The notes under the pieces were generated by a model. It did not search any database and was not told where the DNA came from. It worked only from the letters and a program-made list of their open reading frames with translations. The position numbers were made by a program, and so were the translations under genes. This document shows, piece by piece, positions 38,911 through 48,830 of a stretch of DNA of 64,000 nt (the first letter of the stretch is position 1; every line of letters begins with the position of its first letter). The DNA comes from Limnochordia bacterium (GTDB taxonomy: Bacteria > Bacillota > Limnochordia > Darwinibacteriales > DTU012), in assembly GCA_007116145.1 (NCBI GenBank), contig SKJB01000111.1, forward strand, positions 2,804 through 66,803. The letters are read 5' to 3'.

Positions 38911-40017
38911 CTAACGAGCTCTTGCCATTAGACCATGGTCCCCTAGAATGCGAATCGCTTGCTCTGCTGCACCTAAACTAGCAAAACCTAAGCGTAGCGA
39001 ACCACCCTCACCTTCTCGCACCTTGAGGATCTCAATGTCATCAATATTGACGCCTTGTTCGCCTAGTATTATGGCGACTTGGCCGATCGTTCCTGGCTTA
39101 TCAGGAATCATAACGATAATTTCATCTAAAAACGGCCAATACCCCTTTAGCTTAGCTGGTATTTTAGACCGCACATCTTTGGCCAAAGCTAAATTATTTT
39201 CGAAATCTAGCTCCTGTTTGTTTTGTAATTGGTTTTTAAACGTCTGCAGACTTTCTTGAAAAACCCCAACCATTTTAAGCAACTGCTCCTTATTACTGAA
39301 ACAAATATCTTTCCAGAGCACAGGGTTTCCAGAGGCAATCCGAGTGGTGTCACGAAATCCACCAGCGGCTAATAGCAGAGCTAGGGGATGCTGCTCTTCG
39401 ATCGTCGCAACAGCGTTTACAAGTGTGGAGGCAATAAGATGAGGCAGATGGCTCACAGCTGCCACTAAAAGGTCATGCTCGTGGGGATCCATCACCATCA
39501 CACGAGATCCCACAGCATTCGTTAAATGTTTAACTCGTTCGAGCGTTTGGTCATCGGTATGAGTGGTTGGTGTTAATACATAAATAGCGTTCTCGAATAG
39601 ATACGGATCTGCACCTTTAACTCCAGCCGTTTCTGAGCCAGCCATGGGATGGCCACCGACAAAGTAACAGTCGTCACCAAGTATCTGTTCAGATGCATAG
39701 ACAAAATCAGCTTTCGTGCTACCCACATCCGTTACAACGGTTCCAGGCTGTAAACGAGATTTTATTATCCTAAGAATAGCTTCATTCGTTGTTATCGGTG
39801 CTGCCAAAATCACTAAATCGGCTTGGCTTGCTTCATCATTGAACTCTACATAACCTTGATCAATAGCCTGTAACTCGACAGCTAAATCAAGATTGCCTGG
39901 GACAACATCGACTCCAATCACCCGATTGGCTAACCCATCTTTCTTGATAGCCATGCCAAAAGAACCCCCAATTAAACCAACGCCAATAATAGTTACCTGG
40001 TTAAATATTGCCGACAT
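38911..40017 (-). CDS. tyrA: prephenate dehydrogenase with C-terminal ACT domain
   Basis: 368 aa; N-terminal Rossmann motif IIGVGLIGGSFG; PDH catalytic region; C-terminal ACT-like segment. Confidence 0.85.
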   Translation of the reverse strand: MSAIFNQVTIIGVGLIGGSFGMAIKKDGLANRVIGVDVVPGNLDLAVELQAIDQGYVEFNDEASQADLVILAAPITTNEAILRIIKSRLQPGTVVTDVGSTKADFVYASEQILGDDCYFVGGHPMAGSETAGVKGADPYLFENAIYVLTPTTHTDDQTLERVKHLTNAVGSRVMVMDPHEHDLLVAAVSHLPHLIASTLVNAVATIEEQHPLALLLAAGGFRDTTRIASGNPVLWKDICFSNKEQLLKMVGVFQESLQTFKNQLQNKQELDFENNLALAKDVRSKIPAKLKGYWPFLDEIIVMIPDKPGTIGQVAIILGEQGVNIDDIEILKVREGEGGSLRLGFASLGAAEQAIRILGDHGLMARAR

Positions 40018-40044
40018 AATGTCTAGCCCCCTCTTATACCCATA

Positions 40045-41373
40045 CTACGTATTTTGCATCTCTTGCAGATACCGAATATAGTGTTCTCGATCTGGGGGAG
40101 ACAGTTTGGCCAATGCATCGTCTATGATCACAGTCGCATCCTTGTGCCCATGCCGAAGCATGGCTCCACCAATTATCTCTTTCCCATGACCCCATTTCGC
40201 TTGTTCAAATATTTCTAGCAGTAAAGCTTGCACTCGTTTGCTCTTTCTCATATTTGCTAACACATCAGCCATTAAGAATTGCATCGGTCCAAGTGGATCT
40301 TTACGCACATATTTTGCAATCTCTGACACAGCCTTTGATCCAAGATTTTGTAATATGTCTAAACAAAAAGGAAACATATCATCCCAAGGTTCTAGTTGTA
40401 CTAATAACTTCATGACAAGCGATGCTGTTTTTGGAGACTGCCAATACAGCAACAACTCTAGTGCGTTTCGGACATAACTATTTGATAAGTCCTTACCAAT
40501 CCCGAAACTCCCTACGATCATTGCCAATAAAGGTTCTAAAACCTTACGGTGTTCAACCTCGACTGCGCGCTCCCGCTCAACTTTGTTGCCTTCAAGTAAT
40601 GTTGTCAACTCTTGATCGTATTCATCAGGTACTACTAAGATCCGTTGATCGGTAAAGCCACCTGCATCCTTCCGAAAATTACGGAAAGCAGCCAAGTCAA
40701 CCACAACATTGCCATTCACCTTGGCGCGCTTTTGCCGTTCTGCCCATACATCATCAAATGGAAAGGTAAAATACGGTGCTACAGAGAAATTATTGACTAG
40801 CGTTTGTAATCCTGACAACCACATCTGCAACCGGGTATGGCCTATCCGAAACCAAATAGGCCGAAGATGTGCACCACGGAGGATCATCGATCCTGCTTGA
40901 CCCATCAACCGTTCCACGCTTTTCCAGTCTCCTTGACCAATCGCTTGTTGTACTTTATAAAGCACAGCATCAATCGTAGTTACCTCGGCATACTTGCCTG
41001 TACGGTATTGGTAAAGCATTCGCGCATAAACAGGATACCGTTGTTCAATAACCCACCCGGCACCTTTAAGAAAGTGGCCACCAAGAAATTGTATATCCAA
41101 AGGCAGAGATTGCGTCACTAGTTGATCAAAAAACCGCTTGATGCTCTGGTGCAATTTATTGTCGACCTCTAACGCAACTTCTTCTGATTCTAATCCAGCA
41201 CAAAAAAGAGTAGCAACAAGCCAAAATTCTACGGTCGAACCATAGGCCGCTAAGACCAAATCACGATCATAGAATATCATATTTTCCTTTAACTCATAAC
41301 AGGCAGAGACAAAGCCTTCAATCGTCGTTAACTCTTCTACTTCTTTAAGCATTTCTTGATAATCAATCTTCAA
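40045..41373 (-). CDS. hypothetical protein (442 aa, predicted all-alpha and soluble)
   Basis: Long clean ORF immediately downstream of rnhA; no family recognised. Confidence 0.5.
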   Translation of the reverse strand: MKIDYQEMLKEVEELTTIEGFVSACYELKENMIFYDRDLVLAAYGSTVEFWLVATLFCAGLESEEVALEVDNKLHQSIKRFFDQLVTQSLPLDIQFLGGHFLKGAGWVIEQRYPVYARMLYQYRTGKYAEVTTIDAVLYKVQQAIGQGDWKSVERLMGQAGSMILRGAHLRPIWFRIGHTRLQMWLSGLQTLVNNFSVAPYFTFPFDDVWAERQKRAKVNGNVVVDLAAFRNFRKDAGGFTDQRILVVPDEYDQELTTLLEGNKVERERAVEVEHRKVLEPLLAMIVGSFGIGKDLSNSYVRNALELLLYWQSPKTASLVMKLLVQLEPWDDMFPFCLDILQNLGSKAVSEIAKYVRKDPLGPMQFLMADVLANMRKSKRVQALLLEIFEQAKWGHGKEIIGGAMLRHGHKDATVIIDDALAKLSPPDREHYIRYLQEMQNT

Positions 41374-41389
41374 GCTTTTTCTCCCTTCA

Positions 41390-41839
41390 TTATCGCTTTA
41401 GTCCTTCTTTAATTGCGTCGCGCGCTAATTGATCACAACGATTATTCCACTTATTATCACTATGTCCTTTTACTTTAATCCACTTTATAGTATGAATACG
41501 GCTTAAGGCTAGTAAACGTTCCCATAAATCGCGATTACTGACAGGTTCTCTTTTCGCATTAATCCAGCCCCGTTTGAGCCAGTTTTCCAACCAATTTTGA
41601 TTAAAAGCATTCACTAAGTAGGCGCTATCTGAATAAACACTAACCTCACACGCTTCCTTTAGCTTACTCAGACCCTCAATGGCCGCAGTTAATTCCATTT
41701 TTTGATTGGTTGAGTGAGGAGTGAAACCCTTATACTCACTACTATGATCTCCAAACAACAATACAGTTCCCCAGCCACCCGGACCTGGATTATTCGTGCA
41801 GGCTCCATCAGTATATATTTCTACTCTTTTCAATTTCAT
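41390..41839 (-). CDS. rnhA: ribonuclease HI
   Basis: 149 aa; YTDGACTNNPGPGGWG catalytic N-terminus and the C-terminal HSD..N motif. Confidence 0.85.
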   Translation of the reverse strand: MKLKRVEIYTDGACTNNPGPGGWGTVLLFGDHSSEYKGFTPHSTNQKMELTAAIEGLSKLKEACEVSVYSDSAYLVNAFNQNWLENWLKRGWINAKREPVSNRDLWERLLALSRIHTIKWIKVKGHSDNKWNNRCDQLARDAIKEGLKR

Positions 41840-41923
41840 CTTTCCCTTCGTTGTGATCTTGGCATCTCACCAAGAATATGATATCTTATATATAGACGAA
41901 CTTTAGAAGATGGAGGTAAGTCT

Positions 41924-42700
41924 ATGGATGAACGATTAGAGATCCTAAGCGAAGAGTCTAAGCACATGGGCAAAGTTTGCATTCACTGTGATAAAAAATT
42001 GCTTGTAAATGACGAGATTGTTAAGTGTCCGCGTTGCCATCAAGTTCATCATGGTCGTTGTTGGATGGCAAGAAGTGGATGTGCAAAACTTGGTTGTCCA
42101 CAAATAGCCAAAACAGTGAAGGACGATTCGCCAAAAGGAGATAGACCAGTTCCATCGGTATTACCAAAATTTTTACTGATTAGCGTTGCTGTTATTCTCG
42201 TGATTGTACTAACGACAGTTTTCCAGCCAACACCACCCGATCTAGCAGACGGTCGTACTACAGTCGTGGTATTAGTGGATACATTTGATCAACAGCGCCT
42301 GCAAATACACGTTGACGAGTTTAACACAGATCATCAGGAGATTTATATTGACCTACTCACAAGTTCTAGTTTAGGAATGCAGCAACAGCTCCTTGTTCGC
42401 ATGGCCGCTGGAGATGCCCCTGATATTTTCTGGTTACCCTTCCATTCCTTTTCAAGCTTTAACGAGCTTGGTGCACTATTACCCATAGATGATGACTCAT
42501 TATTTTATGGTGTACATCATCCATCTCGGTTCAAGGCCATTGGCATTTTTGCTCACACTGTTTATCCAGAAGAAACTTTAGAAGTACTACACTACCTGGT
42601 GCAGAATCTGCCACAAGCAGATCTAACAACAGCTCAACAAGAGTCAGGAGTAACAACGCCTACTTTTTTGTTAGATAGCGCTGCATTTCTAGGCAACTGA
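41924..42700 (+). CDS. membrane protein with an N-terminal Cys4 zinc-ribbon, one TM helix and a short extracytoplasmic domain resembling the N-terminus of family-1 solute-binding proteins
   Basis: CIHC...CPRCH zinc-ribbon; hydrophobic segment FLLISVAVILVIVLTTVF; the TTVVVLVDTFDQQRL...AAGDAPDIFWL segment resembles an SBP_bac_1 N-terminus. GGAGG RBS upstream. Confidence 0.5.
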   Translation: MDERLEILSEESKHMGKVCIHCDKKLLVNDEIVKCPRCHQVHHGRCWMARSGCAKLGCPQIAKTVKDDSPKGDRPVPSVLPKFLLISVAVILVIVLTTVFQPTPPDLADGRTTVVVLVDTFDQQRLQIHVDEFNTDHQEIYIDLLTSSSLGMQQQLLVRMAAGDAPDIFWLPFHSFSSFNELGALLPIDDDSLFYGVHHPSRFKAIGIFAHTVYPEETLEVLHYLVQNLPQADLTTAQQESGVTTPTFLLDSAAFLGN

Positions 42701-42709
42701 GGAGTTACT

Positions 42710-43885
42710 ATGAATATAGCTATGTTTACTGATAGTTACACACCTTATGTTAGCGGTGTTGTTCGATCCATTCAACGATTTTCGCGGGGGTTAACGACCC
42801 TCGGTCATAAGGTTTATATCTTTGCCCCAGACTATCACCGGGATATGGCAGGTGTACCCGACACAGATGCAACACACATTTATCGTTTCCATTCTGTGCC
42901 TGCACCCACCTGTCCAAGCTTCTTTTTGCCGATTCCAATCTCAGTGAGAGCCGATCGGTTAATGCGCAAATTGGAGATTAATATTATTCATACACACTCT
43001 CCGTTTTTGATGGGACAACTTGGAGCAATTTTGGCGCGCAAACGTGATATTCCCTTACTCTTTACTCATCACACATTATACCATGAATATACTCACTATG
43101 TACCAGTTCCGCAAGGATTTACACGTCAAATGATCATTAATTATTTACATCGTTACTTTCGCCACTGTGATCATGTGATTACACCAACACCACAGATCAA
43201 AGATTTATTACTGGACTTATACAATTTACCAAATCCTATAACCCCGATCCCAACCGGGATAGATTTATCGCACTATCGTGGTGCTAACCAAGATTGGTTA
43301 CGCCAACAATTTTCCATTGAACAAACTAGCAAGATCGTCCTATTCATCGGACGGTTAGGTAAAGAAAAGAATCCAATCATTGTGTTAGAAGCTTTCTCCC
43401 TATTAGCCAAACAGAACCCTTCGATACATATGGTTTTTGTTGGAGAGGGCCCGGAAAAAGAACACCTTGTCCAATGGAGTAACGAGCACAAACTAAAACA
43501 AAAGGTACACTTTACAGGATCTATCGAAGCCCAAAAGGTAGCGGATTGCTGCTGTGGTGCGGATTTATTTATGTTTGGTTCTACAACTGAAACACAAGGT
43601 CTTGTATTAGGTGAAGCAATGGCTGCTGGTTTACCTGTTGTCGCTGTCGAAGCAACTGGAACGAATGACATTGTTATTCATGGATATAACGGGTATATCA
43701 CCGAGTCGGAGCCTCACGCTCTCGCAGAGTATAGTCATAGGATCTTAAACAACCCTACCCTTTATGCTTCTATGCGAGTTCATGCATTAAGGACCGCCCA
43801 ACAATTAAGCATCGATACCACCGCGAGTCAATTATTAGCTGTCTACGAACAAGCATTGACGACACGTTTCAGCTCTGCCCGTTAA
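42710..43885 (+). CDS. GT4-family glycosyltransferase (group 1), diacylglycerol/lipid glycosyltransferase-like
   Basis: 391 aa; the C-terminal GT1 domain with the E-x7-E-like motif (GLVLGEAMAAGLPVVA) is typical of GT4 enzymes. Confidence 0.75.
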   Translation: MNIAMFTDSYTPYVSGVVRSIQRFSRGLTTLGHKVYIFAPDYHRDMAGVPDTDATHIYRFHSVPAPTCPSFFLPIPISVRADRLMRKLEINIIHTHSPFLMGQLGAILARKRDIPLLFTHHTLYHEYTHYVPVPQGFTRQMIINYLHRYFRHCDHVITPTPQIKDLLLDLYNLPNPITPIPTGIDLSHYRGANQDWLRQQFSIEQTSKIVLFIGRLGKEKNPIIVLEAFSLLAKQNPSIHMVFVGEGPEKEHLVQWSNEHKLKQKVHFTGSIEAQKVADCCCGADLFMFGSTTETQGLVLGEAMAAGLPVVAVEATGTNDIVIHGYNGYITESEPHALAEYSHRILNNPTLYASMRVHALRTAQQLSIDTTASQLLAVYEQALTTRFSSAR

Positions 43886-43926
43886 GTTCAAAAAAAGCTG
43901 GGTTAACTCCCCAGCTTTTTTTGATG

Positions 43927-44490
43927 CTAGAATTGCACATTTGGTACTTCCTGCGCTGCTGGTGCCACTTGGAAAAACGAACGAGCTTGTTTACCCAAAG
44001 AATTTGCAATTAACACCGTTGGAAACTGTTGAATCGTCGCATTCCATATTTCTACAGACTGATTATATCGCATTCGCTCTGTGGCTATGCGATTCTCTGT
44101 TCCTGCTAACTCATCTTGCAAACGAAGAAAACTACTATCAGCCTTTAGTTGTGGATAATTTTCGCTAATTGCTAATAACCGTCCGAGAGCCGACTCCATA
44201 CCTTGACTAGCTGCAATTTGATCATCAGGGGTATTCGCCGCAAGCAAGCGACTGCGCGCATTAGCTACCTCTGTAAAGATCTCTTGTTCATGACTTGCAT
44301 ACCCCTTAACAGTGTTTACGAGATTTGGAATTAAATCCCCTCGCCGTTGTAATTGATTCTCTACTTGAGCCCAACTTGCATCCACTGCTGTTTCGAGTTT
44401 AACTAGTTGATTATAACGCGAAACTCCTGCACCGACAATCAAAACCATGATTAGAATGATTACACCAAAAACAATCAGAATTTGTTTCAT
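43927..44490 (-). CDS. lemA: LemA-family membrane protein
   Basis: 187 aa; N-terminal TM plus the conserved LemA core (RYNQLVKLETAVDASWAQVENQLQRRGDLIPNLV). Confidence 0.85.
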   Translation of the reverse strand: MKQILIVFGVIILIMVLIVGAGVSRYNQLVKLETAVDASWAQVENQLQRRGDLIPNLVNTVKGYASHEQEIFTEVANARSRLLAANTPDDQIAASQGMESALGRLLAISENYPQLKADSSFLRLQDELAGTENRIATERMRYNQSVEIWNATIQQFPTVLIANSLGKQARSFFQVAPAAQEVPNVQF

Positions 44491-44517
44491 AAAGATCCCT
44501 CCGATTTCATTTCCAAA

Positions 44518-45258
44518 TTAAAACTTACGCCCAGCACCGCCACCACCACTGCGGCCACCACCAAACCCACCAAAGCCACCACCTCCAGAACGATTGGATC
44601 CTCCAAATCCACCACCCATCATTGGATAACGCCGATTACGACCGCTCGGTCCACCCGGGGGTAAATGTCGCGAACGCATAGATATGAAAATTGCGATTGC
44701 GATAAAGATTAAAAAGGTACGAATCCATTCACTCGCTTCTGGTTTGGCCTCAGCTTTAACAAAGGACTCACCCAAGAGTTCTGCGCGCAAAGCATTTGCA
44801 CCTTGGACCATTCCCTGACCATAATTACCTTGCGCAAAGTGAGGTATCACGAATTGATCAAGTATCGCCCCTACCTTACCATCGGGTAACGCTCCTTCGA
44901 TGCCGTATCCTATCTCCACAACAACCTCGCGTTCCTCCAAGTCTAATAGAATTAATACTCCACTATCTTCAGGACCACCCACACCCCATGCATTAAATAG
45001 TGTGGTCTTGTACTCCATAGGTGTAGAGGGTTTGACACTCGACATGGTTACGACCGCTAATTCAACACCTTGTTCTCTTTGCAGCGCTTCCGCAATTAGC
45101 TGGATTTCAGCGCGACTGCGATTATCCATCACATTGGCAAAATCACTCACAAACCCCAAAGGCTGTGGCACAGTATTGGCCGCTAGCAAACCAGACGGGG
45201 TCAGAATAAAGCTACAAATCAGGAACAATAACGCTACTACGTAAGACTTTTTAATCAT
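44518..45258 (-). CDS. TPM-domain (TLP18.3/Psb32/MOLO-1, YgcG-like) protein with C-terminal TM and Gly-rich tail
   Basis: Signal peptide after the internal ATG (MIKKSYVVALLFL); TPM core (GFVSDFANVM...GVLILLDLEEREVVVEIGYG); conserved pairing with lemA. Confidence 0.7.
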   Translation of the reverse strand: MIKKSYVVALLFLICSFILTPSGLLAANTVPQPLGFVSDFANVMDNRSRAEIQLIAEALQREQGVELAVVTMSSVKPSTPMEYKTTLFNAWGVGGPEDSGVLILLDLEEREVVVEIGYGIEGALPDGKVGAILDQFVIPHFAQGNYGQGMVQGANALRAELLGESFVKAEAKPEASEWIRTFLIFIAIAIFISMRSRHLPPGGPSGRNRRYPMMGGGFGGSNRSGGGGFGGFGGGRSGGGGAGRKF

Positions 45259-45284
45259 ACTTTCACCTTCAATTCTCTTTAGAA

Positions 45285-45839
45285 TTACTTGATACTTCTT
45301 GGTGTGATCATGGAACCTAACTGCCAATATTTTCCAAAAGCAAAGGCTAGGAGGTCGGCCTTCTTCGGATCAACCCTTCCTTCTGTAAGTATAGGAGCAT
45401 CCACCTGTACATGGACGATTTCTGCTAAAAAGAGGTCATGGGAACCCAAGCTTAGCACTTGTGTAACCCTACATTCCAGATTAATCGGACACTGAGCAAT
45501 TACTGGCACTTCAATTTTATTACTAGGCATGGGGCTAAAGCCGCAATCCTTAAACTTATCTGTATCACGACCACTTACTGTCCCACAATAGCTTACTTCG
45601 CTAGCTCTTGTTGAAGACGGAATATTGATCACAAACTCGCCAGACTCCTTTATTATACTATACGAATGCCGGTTAGGCCTAATACTAATTCCTACCATCG
45701 GTGGATCAGAACAAACCGTACCCACCCAAGCTAAGGTAATAATATTGGCATTAACTCCAGTTTCTCCACAACTAACCATTACCGCGGGAACCGGGCAAAG
45801 GGTTGGGGATGGTGCTCTACTTACTTTCGTCATTTCCAT
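45285..45839 (-). CDS. flavin reductase-like FMN-binding domain protein
   Basis: 184 aa; the pattern PVPAVMVSCG...NIITLAWVG...PPMVGISI is typical of the Flavin_Reduct domain. Confidence 0.65.
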   Translation of the reverse strand: MEMTKVSRAPSPTLCPVPAVMVSCGETGVNANIITLAWVGTVCSDPPMVGISIRPNRHSYSIIKESGEFVINIPSSTRASEVSYCGTVSGRDTDKFKDCGFSPMPSNKIEVPVIAQCPINLECRVTQVLSLGSHDLFLAEIVHVQVDAPILTEGRVDPKKADLLAFAFGKYWQLGSMITPRSIK

Positions 45840-45922
45840 CTCTCCTTATCTAAAAAAATTTCCACATTCCCTTTACATCTTCCTGCCTAGTTGATATAAA
45901 TAAATAGTAAAGGAGGCTTTTC

Positions 45923-48079
45923 ATGAATATTATTAAGCAAATTGCCGAAGAATTACAGATCCGTGTTTCTCAAGTAGAACAAACGGTGAGTTTGTTAGAT
46001 GAAGGAAATACCATTCCATTTATTGCTCGTTACCGCAAAGAGGCTACGGGGGAACTTGACGAGGTTGTGATCCGTAATCTATCGGACAGACTTACGTACT
46101 TAAGGCATTTAGCCGAAAGACAAGAAGAAGTTACCCATCTTATTGCACAACAAGACAAATTAACCGATGCATTAAGTACAGCCATAACGAAGGCGACGAC
46201 GCTACAACAATTAGAAGATATTTACCGTCCCTTCCGGCCAAAACGGCGGACACGGGCATCGATTGCTAAAGAAAAAGGCTTAGAACTATTAGCCCAAAGC
46301 GTATTAGCCCAAACGATGGACAACCCCGAAGAAATCTGCCAAAACTATATAACCGACGAGGTGCCCACAACGGACGAGGCCAAAAAAGGAGCACTCGACA
46401 TCCTCGCTGAGCAGTTTGCTGATGATGCTAGTTTACGGCAAATTGCTCGTCATTACACCTGGCATCAGGGGATGATACGCTGTGACGCTGCTGCCAAAGA
46501 GCCAACAGAAGACAACAAAGAGTTTGAAATGTACTTTGATTATCAAGAACCCGTACACAAAATTCCTCCACACCGTATTTTAGCCATTAACCGCGGAGAA
46601 CGGTTGAAAGCTCTGAAAGTTAAAATTGTCCAAGACGCTTCAACCATTATCACTTCAATGGAAAAGCGGATTATAACCAAGGAGAACTCGCCGACAGCAC
46701 CTTGGTTGCAAGCCGCGATTGAAGACAGCTACCAACGCTTATTGGCGCCGAGTATAGAGCGAGAAATTCGTAATCAATTAACCGAAACAGCAGAAGAGCA
46801 TGGTATTAGTATTTTTGCCAAGAACCTCCATAGCTTGATCATGCAGGCGCCAGTCCGCCATCGTAATATTCTCGGTGTGGATCCCGCCTTTCGGACTGGT
46901 TGTAAGATCGTGGTGATTAATCGCTTTGGAGATTTAGTGGCAACCAATACAATTTATCCACACGAACCTCAGAATCGTTGGGATCAAGCACTACAATCCT
47001 TGTCTGAGCTAGTACATGAACACGCAGTGTCTCTCGTTACAATTGGTAACGGTACGGCGTGCCGGGAAACCGAACAACTCATTGCGCAATTAATTAAAGA
47101 CCATCATCCAGCGCTCCAATACTTAGTGACAAATGAAGCCGGTGCATCTGTCTATTCTGCATCAGATTTAGCTCGTGCAGAGTTTCCCGATTTAGATGTA
47201 TCTATTCGCGGCGCCATATCGATTGCGAGACGAGTTCTTGATCCCTTGGCTGAACTAGTAAAAATCGATCCTAAATCCATTGGTGTCGGGTTATACCAAC
47301 ACGATGTTAATCAAAAAGCACTAACGAAAACCTTAGGGGAAGTCGTGGAGAGCTGTGTAAACTTTGTAGGAGTAGAAATCAATAATGCTTCCTCGGCTCT
47401 TTTGCGACATGTTGCCGGGCTTTCCATGCCAGTGGCTCAGGCGATTATTGAGCATCGCCAAGAAATCGGCGAGTTTAAAAAACGGTCACAATTAAAAGCT
47501 GTCAAAGGATTAGGTGCAAAGACCTATCAGCAGTGTGCAGGATTCCTACGCATATCGCAAGGAGAGGATCCGTTAGATAACACACCTGTCCATCCTGAGT
47601 CCTATCCATTAGCGAAGCAAATCTTATCCCTAATTGAGCATAAACCAAAAGACTTACTCAATAAAGAACTAGTAGCAGAGATCAAGGAGAAATTAACTAA
47701 CCTTGATCCAAAACAGATTGCCCAAAAATTAGAGGCTGGCGAACCCACAGTGCGCGATATTATCGCCTCTCTAGCACAACCGGGTCGAGATCCTAGAGAT
47801 CAATTACCTCCTCCCCTATTTCGAGCTGATGTATTGTCATTGGAAGATTTACAAACAGGGATGATCCTACAAGGGAGTGTCCAAAATGTAGTCGACTTCG
47901 GAGCTTTTGTCGACATTGGCGTCAAAAAAGCCGGTTTAGTGCATATTTCACAAATCTGTGATCGCTATATCAAACATCCCACTGAAGTGTTACAAGTTGG
48001 CGATGTTGTCACCGTGCAAGTATTAACCATAGAGCCTAAGCAGGGCCGTATTGGTTTAACCATGAAGATTAAAGAATGA
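45923..48079 (+). CDS. tex: transcription accessory protein Tex (HhH, YqgF and S1 domains)
   Basis: 718 aa; conserved Tex N-terminus IPFIARYRKEATG and a C-terminal S1 domain. Confidence 0.9.
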   Translation: MNIIKQIAEELQIRVSQVEQTVSLLDEGNTIPFIARYRKEATGELDEVVIRNLSDRLTYLRHLAERQEEVTHLIAQQDKLTDALSTAITKATTLQQLEDIYRPFRPKRRTRASIAKEKGLELLAQSVLAQTMDNPEEICQNYITDEVPTTDEAKKGALDILAEQFADDASLRQIARHYTWHQGMIRCDAAAKEPTEDNKEFEMYFDYQEPVHKIPPHRILAINRGERLKALKVKIVQDASTIITSMEKRIITKENSPTAPWLQAAIEDSYQRLLAPSIEREIRNQLTETAEEHGISIFAKNLHSLIMQAPVRHRNILGVDPAFRTGCKIVVINRFGDLVATNTIYPHEPQNRWDQALQSLSELVHEHAVSLVTIGNGTACRETEQLIAQLIKDHHPALQYLVTNEAGASVYSASDLARAEFPDLDVSIRGAISIARRVLDPLAELVKIDPKSIGVGLYQHDVNQKALTKTLGEVVESCVNFVGVEINNASSALLRHVAGLSMPVAQAIIEHRQEIGEFKKRSQLKAVKGLGAKTYQQCAGFLRISQGEDPLDNTPVHPESYPLAKQILSLIEHKPKDLLNKELVAEIKEKLTNLDPKQIAQKLEAGEPTVRDIIASLAQPGRDPRDQLPPPLFRADVLSLEDLQTGMILQGSVQNVVDFGAFVDIGVKKAGLVHISQICDRYIKHPTEVLQVGDVVTVQVLTIEPKQGRIGLTMKIKE

Positions 48080-48096
48080 CCAAAAGACGAGCATAT

Positions 48097-48136
48097 ATAA
48101 AAAACAGCATCCTAAAGATTAGGATGCTGTTTTTTA
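48097..48136. terminator. bidirectional intrinsic terminator between convergent tex and ppiB
   Basis: Stem CAGCATCCT / AGGATGCTG with a 7-nt loop, A-run before and T6 after. Confidence 0.6.
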
Positions 48137-48652
48137 TACCGTTTCTGGTTCTGGATACTCGACGCCCAAAGTGTCGACAGTTACCTTCTTAATGCGTTGC
48201 GGATCGAGGGGTTTATCGGAGTGGTCACGCTTGGTTGCGACCACATCATCGATGGCCTCCATCCCTTCTGTCACTTTACCAAAAGCCGCATACTGCCCAT
48301 CAAGATGAGGGGACTGTGCCACCATAATGAAAAACTGAGAACCAGCGGAATCCGGTGCCATTGTGCGAGCCATCGATAATACCCCTTTCTCATGGGCAAG
48401 ATCATTACTCACACCATTACCGCTAAACTCTCCTTTAATAGCATAACCAGGACCACCAGTACCACTACCCTGTGGACAACCACCTTGTACCATGAATCCA
48501 GGAATTACACGGTGAAAGGTTAAACCATCATAATAACCCTTTTTGATCAGCGAAATAAAATTATTGACCGTATTTGGCGCCTTCTCAGGATATAATTCTG
48601 CCATTACTACCTGACCATTTTCTAGTTCCATTGTTACTATTGGATTTGCCAC
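48134..48652 (-). CDS. ppiB: peptidyl-prolyl cis-trans isomerase (cyclophilin type)
   Basis: 172 aa; cyclophilin motifs FHRVIPGFMVQGG and GTGGPGY. Confidence 0.9.
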   Translation of the reverse strand: MANPIVTMELENGQVVMAELYPEKAPNTVNNFISLIKKGYYDGLTFHRVIPGFMVQGGCPQGSGTGGPGYAIKGEFSGNGVSNDLAHEKGVLSMARTMAPDSAGSQFFIMVAQSPHLDGQYAAFGKVTEGMEAIDDVVATKRDHSDKPLDPQRIKKVTVDTLGVEYPEPETV

Positions 48653-48830
48653 ATAACCACTCCTAATTTTTAATTCCTACCCTATATTCGCCACTCATGC
48701 TAGGATTCCTCTGCTAATTGGCCTGCATCCAGATCTTTACCGACTATCGTGTTATCGTAACTCGAATATGTTTGTATTCTTCTACCTCTGCACATGCTAA
48801 GACTACGTAGATTAGGAGGAGGAGTCCCAT

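Noticed and set aside
48653-48830. Sigma-G type promoter upstream of splB
   Set aside because: A CATGCTA -10-like element is present, but spacing to a GAATA -35-like element is about 24 nt, too long for confidence.
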